A stretch of DNA of 64,000 nt from Azolla caroliniana (GCA_043228905.1 JBHGNT010000009.1:15004001-15068000); one strand, 5' to 3'. Positions 25,929 to 39,000 are shown, numbered from the stretch's first letter. Program-made: numbers and translations. Notes: a model not told the origin generated them from the letters alone.

Positions 25929-28621
25929 TTGCTCGAAGGGAATCCGGCTCGAATATACCGTGCCGAAGACGTCGGAACTAAACGGGCTGGCCGAGAGGAT
26001 GAACCGGACCATAATGGAGAGGGTCTGGAGTATGCTGGCGCATGCAAATCTACCCAAGAAGTTTTGGGTTGAGGCACTGTCGACGACGACATATGTGATA
26101 AACAGATCACCCTCAGTACCCTTGGACAGAGACACGCCACAGAGAGTATGGACCGGTAAGGAAGTATCCTACCGGCATCTGAAGGTATTCGGGTGTCTTG
26201 CGTATGTGCATGTAGCTAAGGACGGGAGAGGAAAGTTAGATCCAAAGACCCGGCCATGCATATTCCTCGGTTACGGCGACGATGAGTTCGGCTACTGAGT
26301 GTGGGACTTGGTCGACAAGAAGGTATTCCGGAGTCGAGATATTATCTTCATGGAGGACAAGACGCTCGCCGACTGGGAGTCGAAGAAGAAGATAATGAAC
26401 TCCGAGTCGACCGGTAAGGATCGATTCTACAATGAGCAGACCCAACTGGCAAGAGACCGGTTAGCACTCAAGGAACCAGCCGGTTATGGTGAGGATACCG
26501 AACCGACAGAAGAAGAAGTAGAGGAAACTGAAACCGGAACCGGCCAAGACCCCGAATAGGATTCGGATGAAGAGCAAATGGAGGAGCCGGTTACTGAAGC
26601 CCAAAGACGGAGATATCCTCTCAGAGAGAGAAGGGCCCCCTGGAGATTTCTGGATGTAGAGCATGTGCTGCTAACCGATGAGGGGGAGCCATAAAGCTTC
26701 GTAGAGGCGAAGGATGACACCCACAACCGCAAATGGTTAAGTGCCATGCAGGATGAGATGGATTCCCTGCATGAGAACCATACGCACGAATTGGTGGAGT
26801 TGCCGAAAGGAAAGCGGGCACTCCGAAATAAGTAGGTGTACAAGTTGATACTGGGAGATGCCGGCAACACCCCGAGATACAAAGCCAGGATCGTGGTGAA
26901 GGGGTTCCAGCAGAAGAAGGGCGTGGACTTCGACGAGATATTTGCCCCGGTAGTAAAGATGACCTCCATCCGGACAGTGCTGAGTATAGTGGCAAGCATG
27001 GACCTCGAGGTAGAGCAGCTGGACGTGAAGATGGCATTCATTCACGGCGACCTCGAAGAGGAGATCTAAATGCAGCAACCGGAAGGATTCATGGAGAAAG
27101 GGAAGGAGCACCTAGTATGCCGGTTGAAGAAGAGCCTGTACGGACTGAAGCAAGCTCCCCGACAATGGTACCAGAAGTTCGACTCCTTCATGACCGATCA
27201 AGGGTACCACAAGACGCAGGCCGATCACTGCGTGTTTGTGAAGAAGTTCGAAGGAGATGACTTCCTGATACTCCTTCTGTACGTGGATGACATGTTGATC
27301 GTCGGATGGGACCAAGCCAAAATACGGATGCTGAAGAAGGCTCTCAACCGGACCTTCTCAATGAAAGACTTGGGTCCGGCAAGACAGATGCTGGGGATGC
27401 ATATCATCCGGAACCGGCCAACGAAGCAACTGTGGCTGTCACAGGAGAAGTACGTGACAAAGGTGCTTCAGCGGTTCAACATGTCAGATGCGAAACCGGT
27501 CGGATCAACACTTCCGGCAAGCTGCAGGTTTTCCGGCAAGCAAAGCCCAAAGACGAGAGCAGAGAAGGCGGATATGATGAAGGTTCCATATGCCTCTTCC
27601 GTCGGGAGCTTAATGTACGCAATGGTGTGTACCCGACCAGATATAGGATACGTAGTCGGAGTGGTGAGCCGGTTTATGAGCAATCCCGGCAAGGAGCACT
27701 GGAATGCAGTCAAATGGATACTCCGGTACTTGAAGGGCACTTCGAACATGTGTCTCTGATTCGGCTTTGGAAAACCTCAACTTGACAATTTTACCGATTC
27801 GGACATGTCGGCTGATGTGGATACCAGCCGGTCTACATCCGGGTATGTTATGACATATGTAGGGGGAGCTGTTTCGTGGTAGTCGAGGCTGCAGAAGACA
27901 GTTGCGTTGTCAACCACGGAGGCGGAGTACATGGCGGCTGTGGAAGCCGGCAAGGAAATATTATGGATGAAGGACTTCATCGGAGAGCTCGGTATCCGGC
28001 AAGATGAATACCGGCTCTATTGCGACAGTCAAAGTGCCATCCACCTTGCTAAGAATGCAGCCTACCATTCCCGGACGAAGCATATCCAGCGAAGGTATCA
28101 TTAGATCCGGGAAAGAGTATATGACCATGAGTTTGCACTAATGACAATCGACACGGCCGAGAACGGGTTAGATATGCTGACCAAAGTACTGACACTTGAC
28201 AAGCTGGATGCATGTCAGAAGCGGGTCGGACTAGTAAGACATCCCATGCCGGAGTGAAGGGGGAGTTTGTTAGGAAACAGGTCCCTCCGGATGGTGAAGA
28301 CCCGGTGAGAACCGGATGAAGAGTACCCGACTACGGAGAGCTGGATGGTACAGACCCGGTGAGAACCGGATGAAGCATACCCGGCTATAGAGAGCCGGAT
28401 GGTGTAGACCCGGTGAGAACCGGATGTAGAGTACCCGGCTACAGAGAACCGGATGGTGCAGACCCGGTGAGAACCGGATGAAGAGTACCTGGCTACGGAG
28501 AGTCGGATGGTGCAGACCCGGTGAGAACCGGATGAAGAGTACCCGTCTACGGAGAGCCGGATGGTGCAGACCCGGTGAGAACCGGATGAAGAGTACCCGG
28601 CTACGAAGAGCTGGATGGTGC

Positions 28622-31600
28622 TGTTGAGATTACGGTCCCTTCGGATGGGATGGTCGGATGTCGGAGATGAATGCCGACGAGCCCGGTTTCGGTTTCGGAT
28701 CCGGATGACGAAGACCCCGGCTTCGGTGCCGGATGACGAATGTACCCGGAGAGCGATCCGGATGCAGGGACATATCCGTGAATATGTTCGCTATGGGCCC
28801 CTGAGGCTATAGTTGTAAATAGCCCAAAGTCATATAAGTATAAATATGACTTAGGGCAAACTGTTTTGTTGTTGCTTCTCATTTTTCTGTTTTTCCACTT
28901 TAGAGGAGTGAAGAGAGAGCAGCCGCGAGAAAGGATAGAGCGCGAGAGAGGAAGAGGTAGACGCCTCTGTGTATTTCCGCCGCCTGTGGCGAGGACAGCG
29001 AGCTCAAGGTCGTCGCCTTGCAGCTCGCCATTGTATACTTCTCTGTATAGTGTTGGTTTGGAGTCTTGTACTCCCGTGGTTTTTCCCGTCTAGGGTTTTC
29101 CACGTTAATCCCTGTGTACTCGCGTTTTGTTTCTCCGTGTGGTTCCTATTTTCTGCTCCATCGATTCGCGCTTACTCGGTTGTGGCCGAGTGAAGAAGGT
29201 GAATAGAAGGGTCTATTCCTTACAAACTGGTATCAGAGCGAACTGCTGCAGAAAATGGAAGGCGGCGGCAGCGGGCAGCCGGGGATGATGGTGCTGAATG
29301 CACAGAATTACGCCGACTGGAAGATCAAGATGGAGGATCTTCTGATTGTTCGGGACCTGTACGAACCGATTGACAGGTCGGAAATACCGAAGGGGGTACT
29401 TGAGTCGGAATGGAGGCTTCTGAACCGGAAAGCCGTTGCAACCATTCGGCAATACGTAGACGTGAGCGTTCTACAACATGTGGCGAACGACACCAACGCA
29501 TATGAGATGTGGCGGAAGCTGTCGGGCCTCTACGAGAGGAAGAATGCGCTGAACCGGACCTCCCTGATGAGGAAGATTGTGAATCTCAAGTACCGGGATG
29601 GCGAGAGTATGGTGGAACACGTAAGCACGTTCATGGGATTCGTGAATCAGCTTGTGGCGATCAAGTTCCCGTTGGAGGATGCAATGCAAGCCATTATCCT
29701 GATGTGTACATTGCCGGAAAGCTGGGAGAACTTGGTGGTAACTCTCAGCACCTCCTGCACCGAAGATAACTTGTCCTTACAAACGGTAAAGACAAGTATT
29801 TTGAATGAAGAAGCGCGTCGGAGAGATAAGGAACCGGCCTCCGACCCGAAGATGTTGTTAACCGAATCGGATCGGGGAAGACAATGGAACCGGAGTCCGC
29901 AAAGACGGGAGAAGTCGGGGACCCGGTCGCAGTCAAGAGGAAGGCCCACATGCTTCCACTGTGGGAAGCCGGGGCACTTCCGAAAGAATTGTCGGCATTA
30001 CCGAAAAGACAACGGAGCCGACGACACCGATTCGAAGAAGTCACCGGAGAGAAACGGTGCATACCGGGGAGCCACGGACCGGAGAGGTTCGGATCGGCGA
30101 GGACAGGACCGGAAAGGAACGACGGCACTCGCGGCAAGTGAAGAGGAGATCATGCTCATCACCGAAGAAGGTGAACTAAACATTGCCGGCGATGAGACGA
30201 CTTGGGTGGTCGATTCCGGAGCATCGTTCCACCTGACCCCGGAGAGAAGATACTTCTCATCCTACACAGCCGGCGAGCATGGCTGTGTTCGGATGGGAAA
30301 CGAAGGTACGTGCCGGATTGCCGGCATAGGAGACGTGTGGTTGACAACCCCGACCGGATGCAAAATGCTGCTGAAGAATGTCCGACACGTTCCGGAGGTC
30401 CGACTGAACCTGATTTCGGCCGGGAGGCTAGATGATGAAGGCTACACGGGTAGCATCCGGAATGGTGTCATGAAGTTCAGCAAGGGGAGCTTGATAGTGG
30501 CTCGGGCCCGGAAGGTCAACACACTGTACCTGATGAATGCCTGGTTATGTCCGGAAGAGCTGAATGTGGCAGCCGACACTGCCGGTGAGCTGTGGCACAA
30601 AAGACTGTGCCACATGAGTGAGAAGGGGATGAAGAGGCTTGCAGAAGACAACCTTATTCCAGTGAAGCACGTGCACCTGGAGAAGTGCACCGATTGCCTG
30701 GCCGGTAAGCAGAACCGAGCCTCCTTCCACTCAAGGCCACCGACGAGACGTAGTGTACCATTGGAGTTGGTACACACTGATGTGTGTCAAGTAGAAACGA
30801 AGTCACATGGCGGAGCCCAGTACTTCGTGACATTCATTGATGACCACAGCCGGAAGCTGTGGACGGCACCGATGAAGACAAAGGACCAAGTGTTGTCCGT
30901 CTTCAAAGAACTCCACGCGAGAGTGGAAAGAGAATCCGGCAAGAAGCTGAAAGCGATACGAGCGGATAACGGAGGGGAATACCGGGGACAGTTCCAGGAG
31001 TACTGTCGCTCGAAGGGAATCCGGCTCGAGTTTACTGTGCCGAAGACGCCGGAACTGAACGGGCTGGCCGAGAGGATGAACCGGACCATAATGGAGAGGG
31101 TCCGGAGTATGCTGGCGCATGCGGATTTACCCAAGGGTTTTTGGGCTGAGGCGATGTCGACGGCGACATACGTGATAAACAGATCACCCTCAGTACCTTT
31201 GGACGGAGACACGCCGCAGAGAGTGTGGACCGGTAGGGAAGTATCCTACCGGCATCTGAAGGTGTTCGGGTGTCTCGCATACGTGCATGTGGCAAAGGAC
31301 CGGAGAGGAAAGCTAGATCCAAAGACCCGGCCATGCATATTCCTCGGATACGGCGACGACGAGTTCGGCTACCGAGTATGGGACCCGGTCGACAAGAAGA
31401 TATTCAGGAGTCGAGACATCATCTTCATGGAGGACAAGACACTCACCGACTGGGAGTCGGAGAAGAAGATGAAGAGCTCCAAGTCGACCGGTGAGGATAA
31501 ACTCTACGAGGAGCAGTCCCGACCGGCAAGGGACCGGTTAGCACTCGAGGATCCGGCCGAAGACGGTGAAGAAACCGAACCGGCCGAAGAAGACGAAAAT

Positions 31601-33941
31601 GATACCGGAACCGGCCCCGATCCCGAAATGGATTCGGATGAAGAAGAATCGGAAGAACCGGTTACCGAAGCTCCGGAACGGAGATATCCTCTAAGAGAGA
31701 GAAGGGCCCCCCGGAGATTTCCGGAACCAGAGCACGTGCTGCTAACCGACGAGGGGGAGCCGGAGAGCTTTGAAGAAGCAAAGCATGACACCCAGAGCCG
31801 CAGGTGGTTGAGTGCCATGCAGGACGAGATGGATTCCCTGCATGAGAACCACACATATGAACTTGTGGAGTTGCCGAAAGGAAAGCGGGCACTTCGAAAC
31901 AAGTGGGTGTTCAAGCTGAAACCGGGAGATGCCGGAAACCCCCCGAGATACAAAGCCAGGATCGTGGTGAAGGGGTTTCAGCAGAAGAAGGGCGTCGTCT
32001 TCGACGAGATATTTGCCCCGGTAGTGAAGATGACCTCCATCCGGACGGTGCTGAGCATAGCGGCAAGCATGGACCTCGAGGTAGAACAGATGGACGTGAA
32101 GACGGCATTCCTTCACGGTGACCTCGAAGAAGAGATCTACATGCAGCAATCGGAAGGATTCGAGAAGAAAGGGAAGGAGCACCTGGTATGCCGGTTGAAG
32201 AAGAGCCTTTACGGACTGAAGCAGGCTCCCCGGCAATGGTACCGGAAGTTCGACTCCTTCATGACCGACGAAGGGTACCTCAAAACGCAGTCCGACCACT
32301 GCGTGTTTGTGAAGAAGTTCAAAGGCGGAGACTCTCTAATACTCCTCCTGTACGTGGACGACATGTTGATCGTCGGACGGGACCAGGTCAAGATACGGAT
32401 GCTGAAGAAGGCTCTTCACCGAACCTTCTCAATGAAGGACTTGGGTCCGGCGAGGCAAATACTAGGGATGCACATCATCCGGGACCGGAAGAAGAAGCAG
32501 TTGTGGCTGTCACAGGAGAAGTACGTGACGAAGATGCTTCACCGGTTCAACATGTCGGAAGCAAGACCGGTCGGATCGACCCTCCCGACAAACTGCAAGC
32601 TGTCCAGCAAGCAAAGTCCCAAGACAAAGGCTGAAAAGGAGGATATGATGAGAGTGCCGTATGCCTCAGCCGTCGGGAGCTTGATGTACGCCATGGTGTG
32701 TACGAGACCGGACATCGGATATGCAGTCGGAGTGGTGAGCCGGTACATGAGCAATCCCGGCAAAGAGCATTGGAACGCGGCCAAGTGGATACTCCGATAC
32801 CTGAAGGGCACGGCAAACGTGTGCCTCCGATTCGGCTCCGGTAAGCCCGAACTCGACGGCTTTACCGATTCGGATATGTCGGCTGGTGCAGATACCAGCC
32901 GGTCCACATCAGGGTATGTGATGACGTATGCAGGGGGAGCTGTTTCGTGGCAGTCGAGGCTGCAGAAGACGGTTGCGTTGTCAACCACGGAGGCGGAGTA
33001 CATGGCAGCTGTTGAAGCCGGCAAGGAAATAATATGGATGAAGGACTTCATTAGAGAGCTCGGTATCCGACAGGAGGAGTACCGACTCTACTGCGACAGT
33101 CAGAGTGCAATCCACCTTGCGAAGAACGCGGCCTATCACTCCCGGACGAAGCACATCCAGCGAAGATATCACTGGATCCGGGAAAGGATAGAAGACAAGG
33201 AGTTCGTGCTGACAAAGATCCACACGGACGAGAACGGGTCGGATATGCTGACCAAGGTCCTCACACCCGACAAGCTGGAAGCATGCCGGAAGAGGATCGG
33301 ATTGGAGAGACATCCCATGCCGAAGTGAAGGGGGAGTTTGTTGAGATTACGGTCCCTTCGGATGGGATGGTCGGATGTCGGAGATGAATGCCGACGAGCC
33401 CGGTTTCGGTTTCGGATCCGGATGACGAAGACCCTGACTTCGGTGCCGGATGACGAATGTACCCGGAGAGCGATCCGGATGCAGGGACATATCCGTGAAT
33501 ATGTTCGCTATGGGCCCCTGAGGCTATAGTTGTAAATAGCCCAAAGTCATATAAGTATAAATATGACTTAGGGCAAACTGTTTTGTTGTTGCTTCTCATT
33601 TTTCTGTTTTTCCACTTTAGAGGAGTGAAGAGAGAGCAGCCGCGAGAAAGGATAGAGCGCGAGAGAGGAAGAGGTAGACGCCTCTGTGTATTTCCGCCGC
33701 CTGTGGCGAGGACAGCGAGCTCAAGGTCGTCGCCTTGCAGCTCGCCATTGTATACTTCTCTGTATAGTGTTGGTTTGGAGTCTTGTACTCCCGTGGTTTT
33801 TCCCGTCTAGGGTTTTCCACGTTAATCCCTGTGTACTCGCGTTTTGTTTCTCCGTGTGGTTCCTATTTTCTGCTCCATCGATTCGCGCTTACTCGGTTGT
33901 GGCCGAGTGAAGAAGGTGAATAGAAGGGTCTATTCCTTACA
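28622..33941 (+). mobile_element. Copia C (Tnt1/Tto1-like), intact and very young
   Basis: 603-bp LTRs at 28622-29224 and 33339-33941 with only two differences seen; perfect TSD GGTGC; PBS-iMet at 29228; PPT GAAGGGGGAG. Confidence 0.97.
29255..33328 (+). CDS. Intact Copia gag-pol polyprotein, 1357 aa (gag, PR, INT, RT, RH)
   Basis: Uninterrupted ORF with CFHCGKPGHFRKNC, DSGAS, HHCC, D-D35-E, GKLDPK, YVDD, TDSD...TEAEY...SDMLTK. Confidence 0.97.
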   Translation: MEGGGSGQPGMMVLNAQNYADWKIKMEDLLIVRDLYEPIDRSEIPKGVLESEWRLLNRKAVATIRQYVDVSVLQHVANDTNAYEMWRKLSGLYERKNALNRTSLMRKIVNLKYRDGESMVEHVSTFMGFVNQLVAIKFPLEDAMQAIILMCTLPESWENLVVTLSTSCTEDNLSLQTVKTSILNEEARRRDKEPASDPKMLLTESDRGRQWNRSPQRREKSGTRSQSRGRPTCFHCGKPGHFRKNCRHYRKDNGADDTDSKKSPERNGAYRGATDRRGSDRRGQDRKGTTALAASEEEIMLITEEGELNIAGDETTWVVDSGASFHLTPERRYFSSYTAGEHGCVRMGNEGTCRIAGIGDVWLTTPTGCKMLLKNVRHVPEVRLNLISAGRLDDEGYTGSIRNGVMKFSKGSLIVARARKVNTLYLMNAWLCPEELNVAADTAGELWHKRLCHMSEKGMKRLAEDNLIPVKHVHLEKCTDCLAGKQNRASFHSRPPTRRSVPLELVHTDVCQVETKSHGGAQYFVTFIDDHSRKLWTAPMKTKDQVLSVFKELHARVERESGKKLKAIRADNGGEYRGQFQEYCRSKGIRLEFTVPKTPELNGLAERMNRTIMERVRSMLAHADLPKGFWAEAMSTATYVINRSPSVPLDGDTPQRVWTGREVSYRHLKVFGCLAYVHVAKDRRGKLDPKTRPCIFLGYGDDEFGYRVWDPVDKKIFRSRDIIFMEDKTLTDWESEKKMKSSKSTGEDKLYEEQSRPARDRLALEDPAEDGEETEPAEEDENDTGTGPDPEMDSDEEESEEPVTEAPERRYPLRERRAPRRFPEPEHVLLTDEGEPESFEEAKHDTQSRRWLSAMQDEMDSLHENHTYELVELPKGKRALRNKWVFKLKPGDAGNPPRYKARIVVKGFQQKKGVVFDEIFAPVVKMTSIRTVLSIAASMDLEVEQMDVKTAFLHGDLEEEIYMQQSEGFEKKGKEHLVCRLKKSLYGLKQAPRQWYRKFDSFMTDEGYLKTQSDHCVFVKKFKGGDSLILLLYVDDMLIVGRDQVKIRMLKKALHRTFSMKDLGPARQILGMHIIRDRKKKQLWLSQEKYVTKMLHRFNMSEARPVGSTLPTNCKLSSKQSPKTKAEKEDMMRVPYASAVGSLMYAMVCTRPDIGYAVGVVSRYMSNPGKEHWNAAKWILRYLKGTANVCLRFGSGKPELDGFTDSDMSAGADTSRSTSGYVMTYAGGAVSWQSRLQKTVALSTTEAEYMAAVEAGKEIIWMKDFIRELGIRQEEYRLYCDSQSAIHLAKNAAYHSRTKHIQRRYHWIRERIEDKEFVLTKIHTDENGSDMLTKVLTPDKLEACRKRIGLERHPMPK

Positions 33942-34526
33942 GGTGCAGACCCGGTGAGAACCGGATGAGGAGTACCCGGCTACGGATGACCTGGTGAGAA
34001 CCAGAAGACGAGTACCCGGCAAGCGCCGGATGATGCAGGCTCGGTGAAGAGTGCTCACCGGATGAAGGGACATATTCGTAAATATGTTTCTGAGAGTCCA
34101 TCAGGGCTATATTTGTAAATAGCCGAAAGTCATTTTAGTATAAATATGACTTAGGGCAAACTGTTGTTGATGTCGATGATAGTTGTTGTCATTCTTGTTG
34201 GCGCAAGATTAGAGCGTGCAACTATGTATAGAGAGAGTGAGAGAGAGGAAGAGGTCGTTGCCTCTGATTGTAACCGCCGCCTGTGGCGAAGATAGCAAGC
34301 TCGAGGTCGTGGCCTCGGTGCTTTCTTATTGTACATTATGACATAGTGATAGTTCGCGGTCTGTGGGCTGCCGTGGTTTTTTCCCGAGTTTGGGTTTTCC
34401 ACGTAAACATCCTGTGTACTCTTCTCTCTATCGTGTTGTGTTTCATTCCCTATTTTCTGTGTTTTATTCTAGGCTCGGTTGTGGCCGAGCGTTGTTCAAA
34501 GGGAGCGTGTAGTTCCTGTTAGGTTC

Positions 34527-36080
34527 TTGCATTGAAATATCCTATAAGGAAGACTTCTCGTTGGGAAGAGTATCGGATTATGTCATCCGATAACGGTTTG
34601 TATGGAGAAGGCCCATGTGGCACTCCCTCATAAACAAAACTCGCCTCTCCATCCGTATTATAACGGGATCATTTTGGGGGAAAGTAACAAATGGCAAATA
34701 AAATTGCATGGTCCTTGCTTTTGAAGACTTTCACCCACATACAACGAGCTTCTAGGTTTGTCCTTAGTATTTCTATCCTATTATGTAGTTTTCTCTGAAA
34801 CAATATTGTGACACCTCTTAATCCTCTAGTAGTGCGTCGAGGTGAGGTTTGCCTAAATGTGGACTCCCAAAGAAATCCTTCGACTCATGGGAGTCCTCTA
34901 TTTGGGCTTTGGTGTGTTTCAACCAAAAAAAGTATATCTGATACCTTTAGAAAAAATATCTCCTCTAGGCGATCGGGGTGTGTCCAGAGTGCACCGTTAC
35001 AATTCCATAAGGTCATCCTAAGTGTATTTTTTGTCACATGGGCCACACACTGTCAATTAGTAGAGCAATAATTTATGATCACTCACCCGTCTCGATAAAA
35101 GGCGCGATGCCCTTGTTTACGAGTGCACATGACTCGTGGCATACAACTCTTGCGGTGCTCAATTTGCATCTTAGCAAGGTCTTCATCTAAATAGACAGGG
35201 TCCCCACCTAATCCTCGTAGAATTGATATCTTCTTAAAGAATGTGATTCTAGATTCTAAATCTTTAAATTGAAGGACTAAGGCTCTCTTCCTAGTTGGGT
35301 CACGCTCGACCCTCCAAGCTTTGGTGATAGGTAGGGACTCTGTGTACCCTAACATTTTCCCAAGTGTTTGAGCATCCTCGTTGGGGGATGCACCTTCCTT
35401 GAGCCCAATAACACGTACATTTAAGCGTCGGGCCTGACGCATTTTCTCTTCTTCAAGAGTAGTGTTAACAATGTTTTTATCTTTTATTTCTTTTCTAATG
35501 TTTCTTTTAACCACGTCTACCCAACCCGTTTTTGCTAACTCCATGTCAATTTTAACTTCTTTTTTAACTTTTTTAATCTCTTCCTTTATATCTTCTATGG
35601 AGGATATTTCACCGTCCTCCCTAGACACCGCGATGGCAGTAAGTTGTTTTTTATGGTAGGTGTTTTACACTTTAAGTTTTTCTATTTCGGCCTTAATGGC
35701 GTCTTTTCCTCTCTATCTTTTTTTCTTGTGGGATTCGGCATCTTTCGCCCATTTTCTCATATCCATCTCTATTTTTGCTAAATGATTAAACAGATCTAAA
35801 AAGTCTTCTTTGCTTATAGCCTCAACTTGTATATCTTTATTTAGATGTCATTGTGGTATCAATAAGAAGAAAGATAAAAGAAAAGGGTGGGAAACTTAGC
35901 CGAGTTTGTGTGGACGTCGCAGTCACATCGGCATTTCCTCGGTTCCATGTAGCACGCAACAAGTACATTGAAAAAACCCTCACCAAAGGAGGCTGGCAGG
36001 CAAAGTGAAAAGCACACACCTCAAAGGTCCACCAAGGGTGTGCACTTTACAACGGTAACAAGAACAAGAACGTGGACAAT
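34527..36080 (-). mobile_element. LINE 2, 5' part (5' UTR, ORF1, endonuclease N-terminus)
   Basis: Resumes after the TSD; LWNCNGALWTHP near 35010; ORF1 fragment 35083-35628 has a coiled coil, RRLNVRVIGLKE and VYLDEDL. 5' end approximate. Confidence 0.85.
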
Positions 36081-39000
36081 GCACGTATAGATGGTGAGAG
36101 ACAAGCTCAACATTTGTGCGTAATACGACGCGTAACCAGTGCGTAGACTGGGTGCGTAAAATCGGTACACATAACATGGTCGTAGCGGTACGTAAACTGT
36201 GAGGACGATTGAAAGATATTCCTCGTAAGGAATAGTTTTGGGAGTGAGTGTCGAGGCTCATTTATGAGCAGTAAAGTACTATCAGTACTTGTGTCAGCCC
36301 GATTGTCAGGGTTTGTATAAAAGGTGTTCACTGAGCACGATGTATGTACAGATTGAGTATTATTTTTGAATTAAGTTCTTGTGTTTACTCTCTCTCTCTG
36401 TCACTCCTGTGCTTACTGTGCAAACCTAAGCTTTCCATTAAACCAACGTTTTTGGTTGTTCGGTTTTCTTATATTGCTTCCGCATGCCATTCTTTTCATG
36501 GTATCAGAGCGCGAGGGTTGAGAACCTCTGCAGCCGACTTTGCTTGAAGGAAAAAGCAACGAAGAAGAACAAGAAAACCGATGGACAGAGGAATGGCTAG
36601 CTCGCTTCCGACGAAGAAGCTCGACAGAACCAACTATGCATCTTAGTCCTACAAGATGCACCAGTACCTGCTCGGACACGGTTACTGGAGTTATGTCGAT
36701 GGAGCAAATGACACAACACCCGATTTGACACACAAAGACTTCCCAGCGTGGGAACAATCGGCGAGCAGAGTGTTGTACTGTTTCGCGTCTTGTGTGGGCA
36801 AACAACTATTAAGCTACGTTCGGGATGCAAAAACGCCGAAGGGTGCGTGGGAAAATCTGAAGAAGATCTTCGCCGCGAGCATCATAGCCAGGAAGCTTCA
36901 GCTCCGACAGTAGCTGAGCAACCTACGACAACGGGATTTGTCGGTGGTTGACTATACCTCGATGATCAAGGACATATGTGACTCATTAGCCTCCATCGAT
37001 GTGAACATCGAGGAAAACGAGATGGTCCAGGTCTGTCTCGGGGGTTTGGCGTTAAAGTTCGGAGCGTTCCGAACTATTGTGTGTACCCGGGAGAATACGT
37101 CGTCGTTTTTCGACTTACAGTCGATGCTCCTTATAGAGGAGAACCACGCAGGTGCGTCGACAAGCACGCATGCCGACAACAAGATGTTGTACACGGAGGG
37201 AGAGAGGCCCCGTGGTCATGGCGGACGAGGCGAGTCGGTACGCAATGGAGGCGGCCGACGAGATCAAGGAAGAAGGCACCAAAGTGATGCCGATAGCAAT
37301 TCCAGACCCTCTGGAAACAGGGGGAGTCGAGGCGACAAGAACCGGCAAGGGAAATCCGTTGTGGAATGCTGGTACTGTGGCAAGAAAGGCCACAGGGAGA
37401 GCGAGTTTTGGAAAAAGCGCGCCGATTCGGAGAGAACTGGGTCCGGATCAGGTTCCGGATAGACCGACAAAAGAAATTGGCAATGATCACACTACGCCGC
37501 AGGATTCGGAGAAGCCAGAAAAGGGTCAGTCTTCGTGACGAGACATGAAGCAGACTCAATGAAGCAATCTGCCCCGAAATCGGATGAAGTGTGGTACGTC
37601 GACTCTGGCGCGTCAAACCACATGACGTGCCACAAGGAGTGGTTTTCATACCTTGAGAAACCGACGCAACCGGGAGTAGTCGCAATCGGAGACGACACTC
37701 CGCATCCGATCGCGAATGTCAGAGAAGTTCCCTTGACCCACGTCGGGCAGAAAGGGAAACTCATGAACGTGCTACACGTTCTGACAATCACGAAGAATTT
37801 GGTGTCGGTCGGACAGATCGTCGACCAAGGGATGCAGGTCCGGTTTACACACCTCGGGTGCTTCATTGAGGAAGAAGGCCGTATTATTGCGCAAGGGCGC
37901 AGAGATGGGAGGATGTTCATCCTCGACTCTACTGACGGTCGCACCGCAATGTTCAAGAAGGGAAAAAAAGTCAAGTAGGACATCGACTTATGGCACAAGC
38001 GGATAGGCCACGTCAACTACCAGCGGCTTCAGGACCTGCAATCGAAACAGGCGGTGTTCGGACTGCCCAAATTTAGTGGCCGGAAGGCACAAATTTGTGA
38101 AGCCTGCCAGCTTGGGAAGCAACACCGACTTCCATTCCCCAATGATCGTAACCGGAGCCGGAACAAGCTCGACTTGATACACTCCGATGTGTGGGGGCCG
38201 GCACAAAACGTTAGTCTTGGCGGGAGCCGATACTTCGTCTCCTTCATCGACGACTACATGCGGCACGCGTGGATCTACCTCATTGAGAGGAAAAGCGAAG
38301 TCTTCGACTGTTTCTGGGACCTCAACAGGTTCGTGGAAACGGAAACAGGAAGAAAGATCAAGTGCCTACAGTCGGATGGTGGAAAAGAATACTTTTCCGG
38401 TCAATTCAACGGTTATCTACAACAGATGGGAATTCAAAGTGAATTTAGTTGTAGATACACGCCGGAGAAAACGGTGTGGCTGAGAGGAAAAATCGATCGG
38501 TTGTGGAAGCGGCGCGGGCAATGCTAGAAGAAAAGAGCTTGCCCAAGTTCTATTGGGCCGAGGCGGTACGAACCATGGTATACATCCAGAATCGGATCGG
38601 AGAAAAAGTGTCGGCGCATGAGCAGTATTTCGGAAGGAAGCCGAATCTACGACACTTGAGAGTTTTCGGTAGCATTGCGTATGTGCATGTACCGAAGGAG
38701 AAAAGGAGGAAGTTGGACGCGAAAGCCGAGAAGTGTATCTTGGTCGGTTACTCAGACGAGCAGAAGGGTTATAAGTGTTATAACCCGGGCACCAAACAAG
38801 CATGCGTGAGCCGCGACATTGTGTTTGATGAGTCCGCGTCCTGGTACTTGCCTCTGACTCTGGATCTCAACTCCAATCCGAGCTCTGAAGATGAGGTTAG
38901 CAAGACTGAGATGCCTTCGGAGGAGCCTGAAATCGGGACCCGTGAAGAGAGTTCGATTTCGTTTCGGTTAAGCGGACCGAATGGACGACTGAGTTGGTTC

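Larger units (their letters stand above)
22883..28257 (+). pseudogene. Copia A gag-pol with several stops and a 1.34-kb insert
   Basis: CFYCGKLGH, WVVDSGAS, LVHTDV, RADNGGEY, YVDDML, STTEAEY; colinear with the intact Copia C ORF. Confidence 0.92.
21961..34521 (+). mobile_element. Copia A (Tnt1/Tto1-like), full-length but decayed; inserted in LINE 2 and carrying two nested insertions
   Basis: 5' LTR 21961-22852; PBS TGGTATCAGAGC (tRNA-iMet) at 22856; 3' LTR 28268-28621 plus 33947-34521; TSD GCTTC/GGTTC, matching GGTTC at the equivalent site of LINE 1. Confidence 0.93.

Noticed and set aside
29308-33313. Many short antisense and alternative-frame ORFs over the Copia pol
   Set aside because: Expected shadow ORFs of GC-rich coding sequence.
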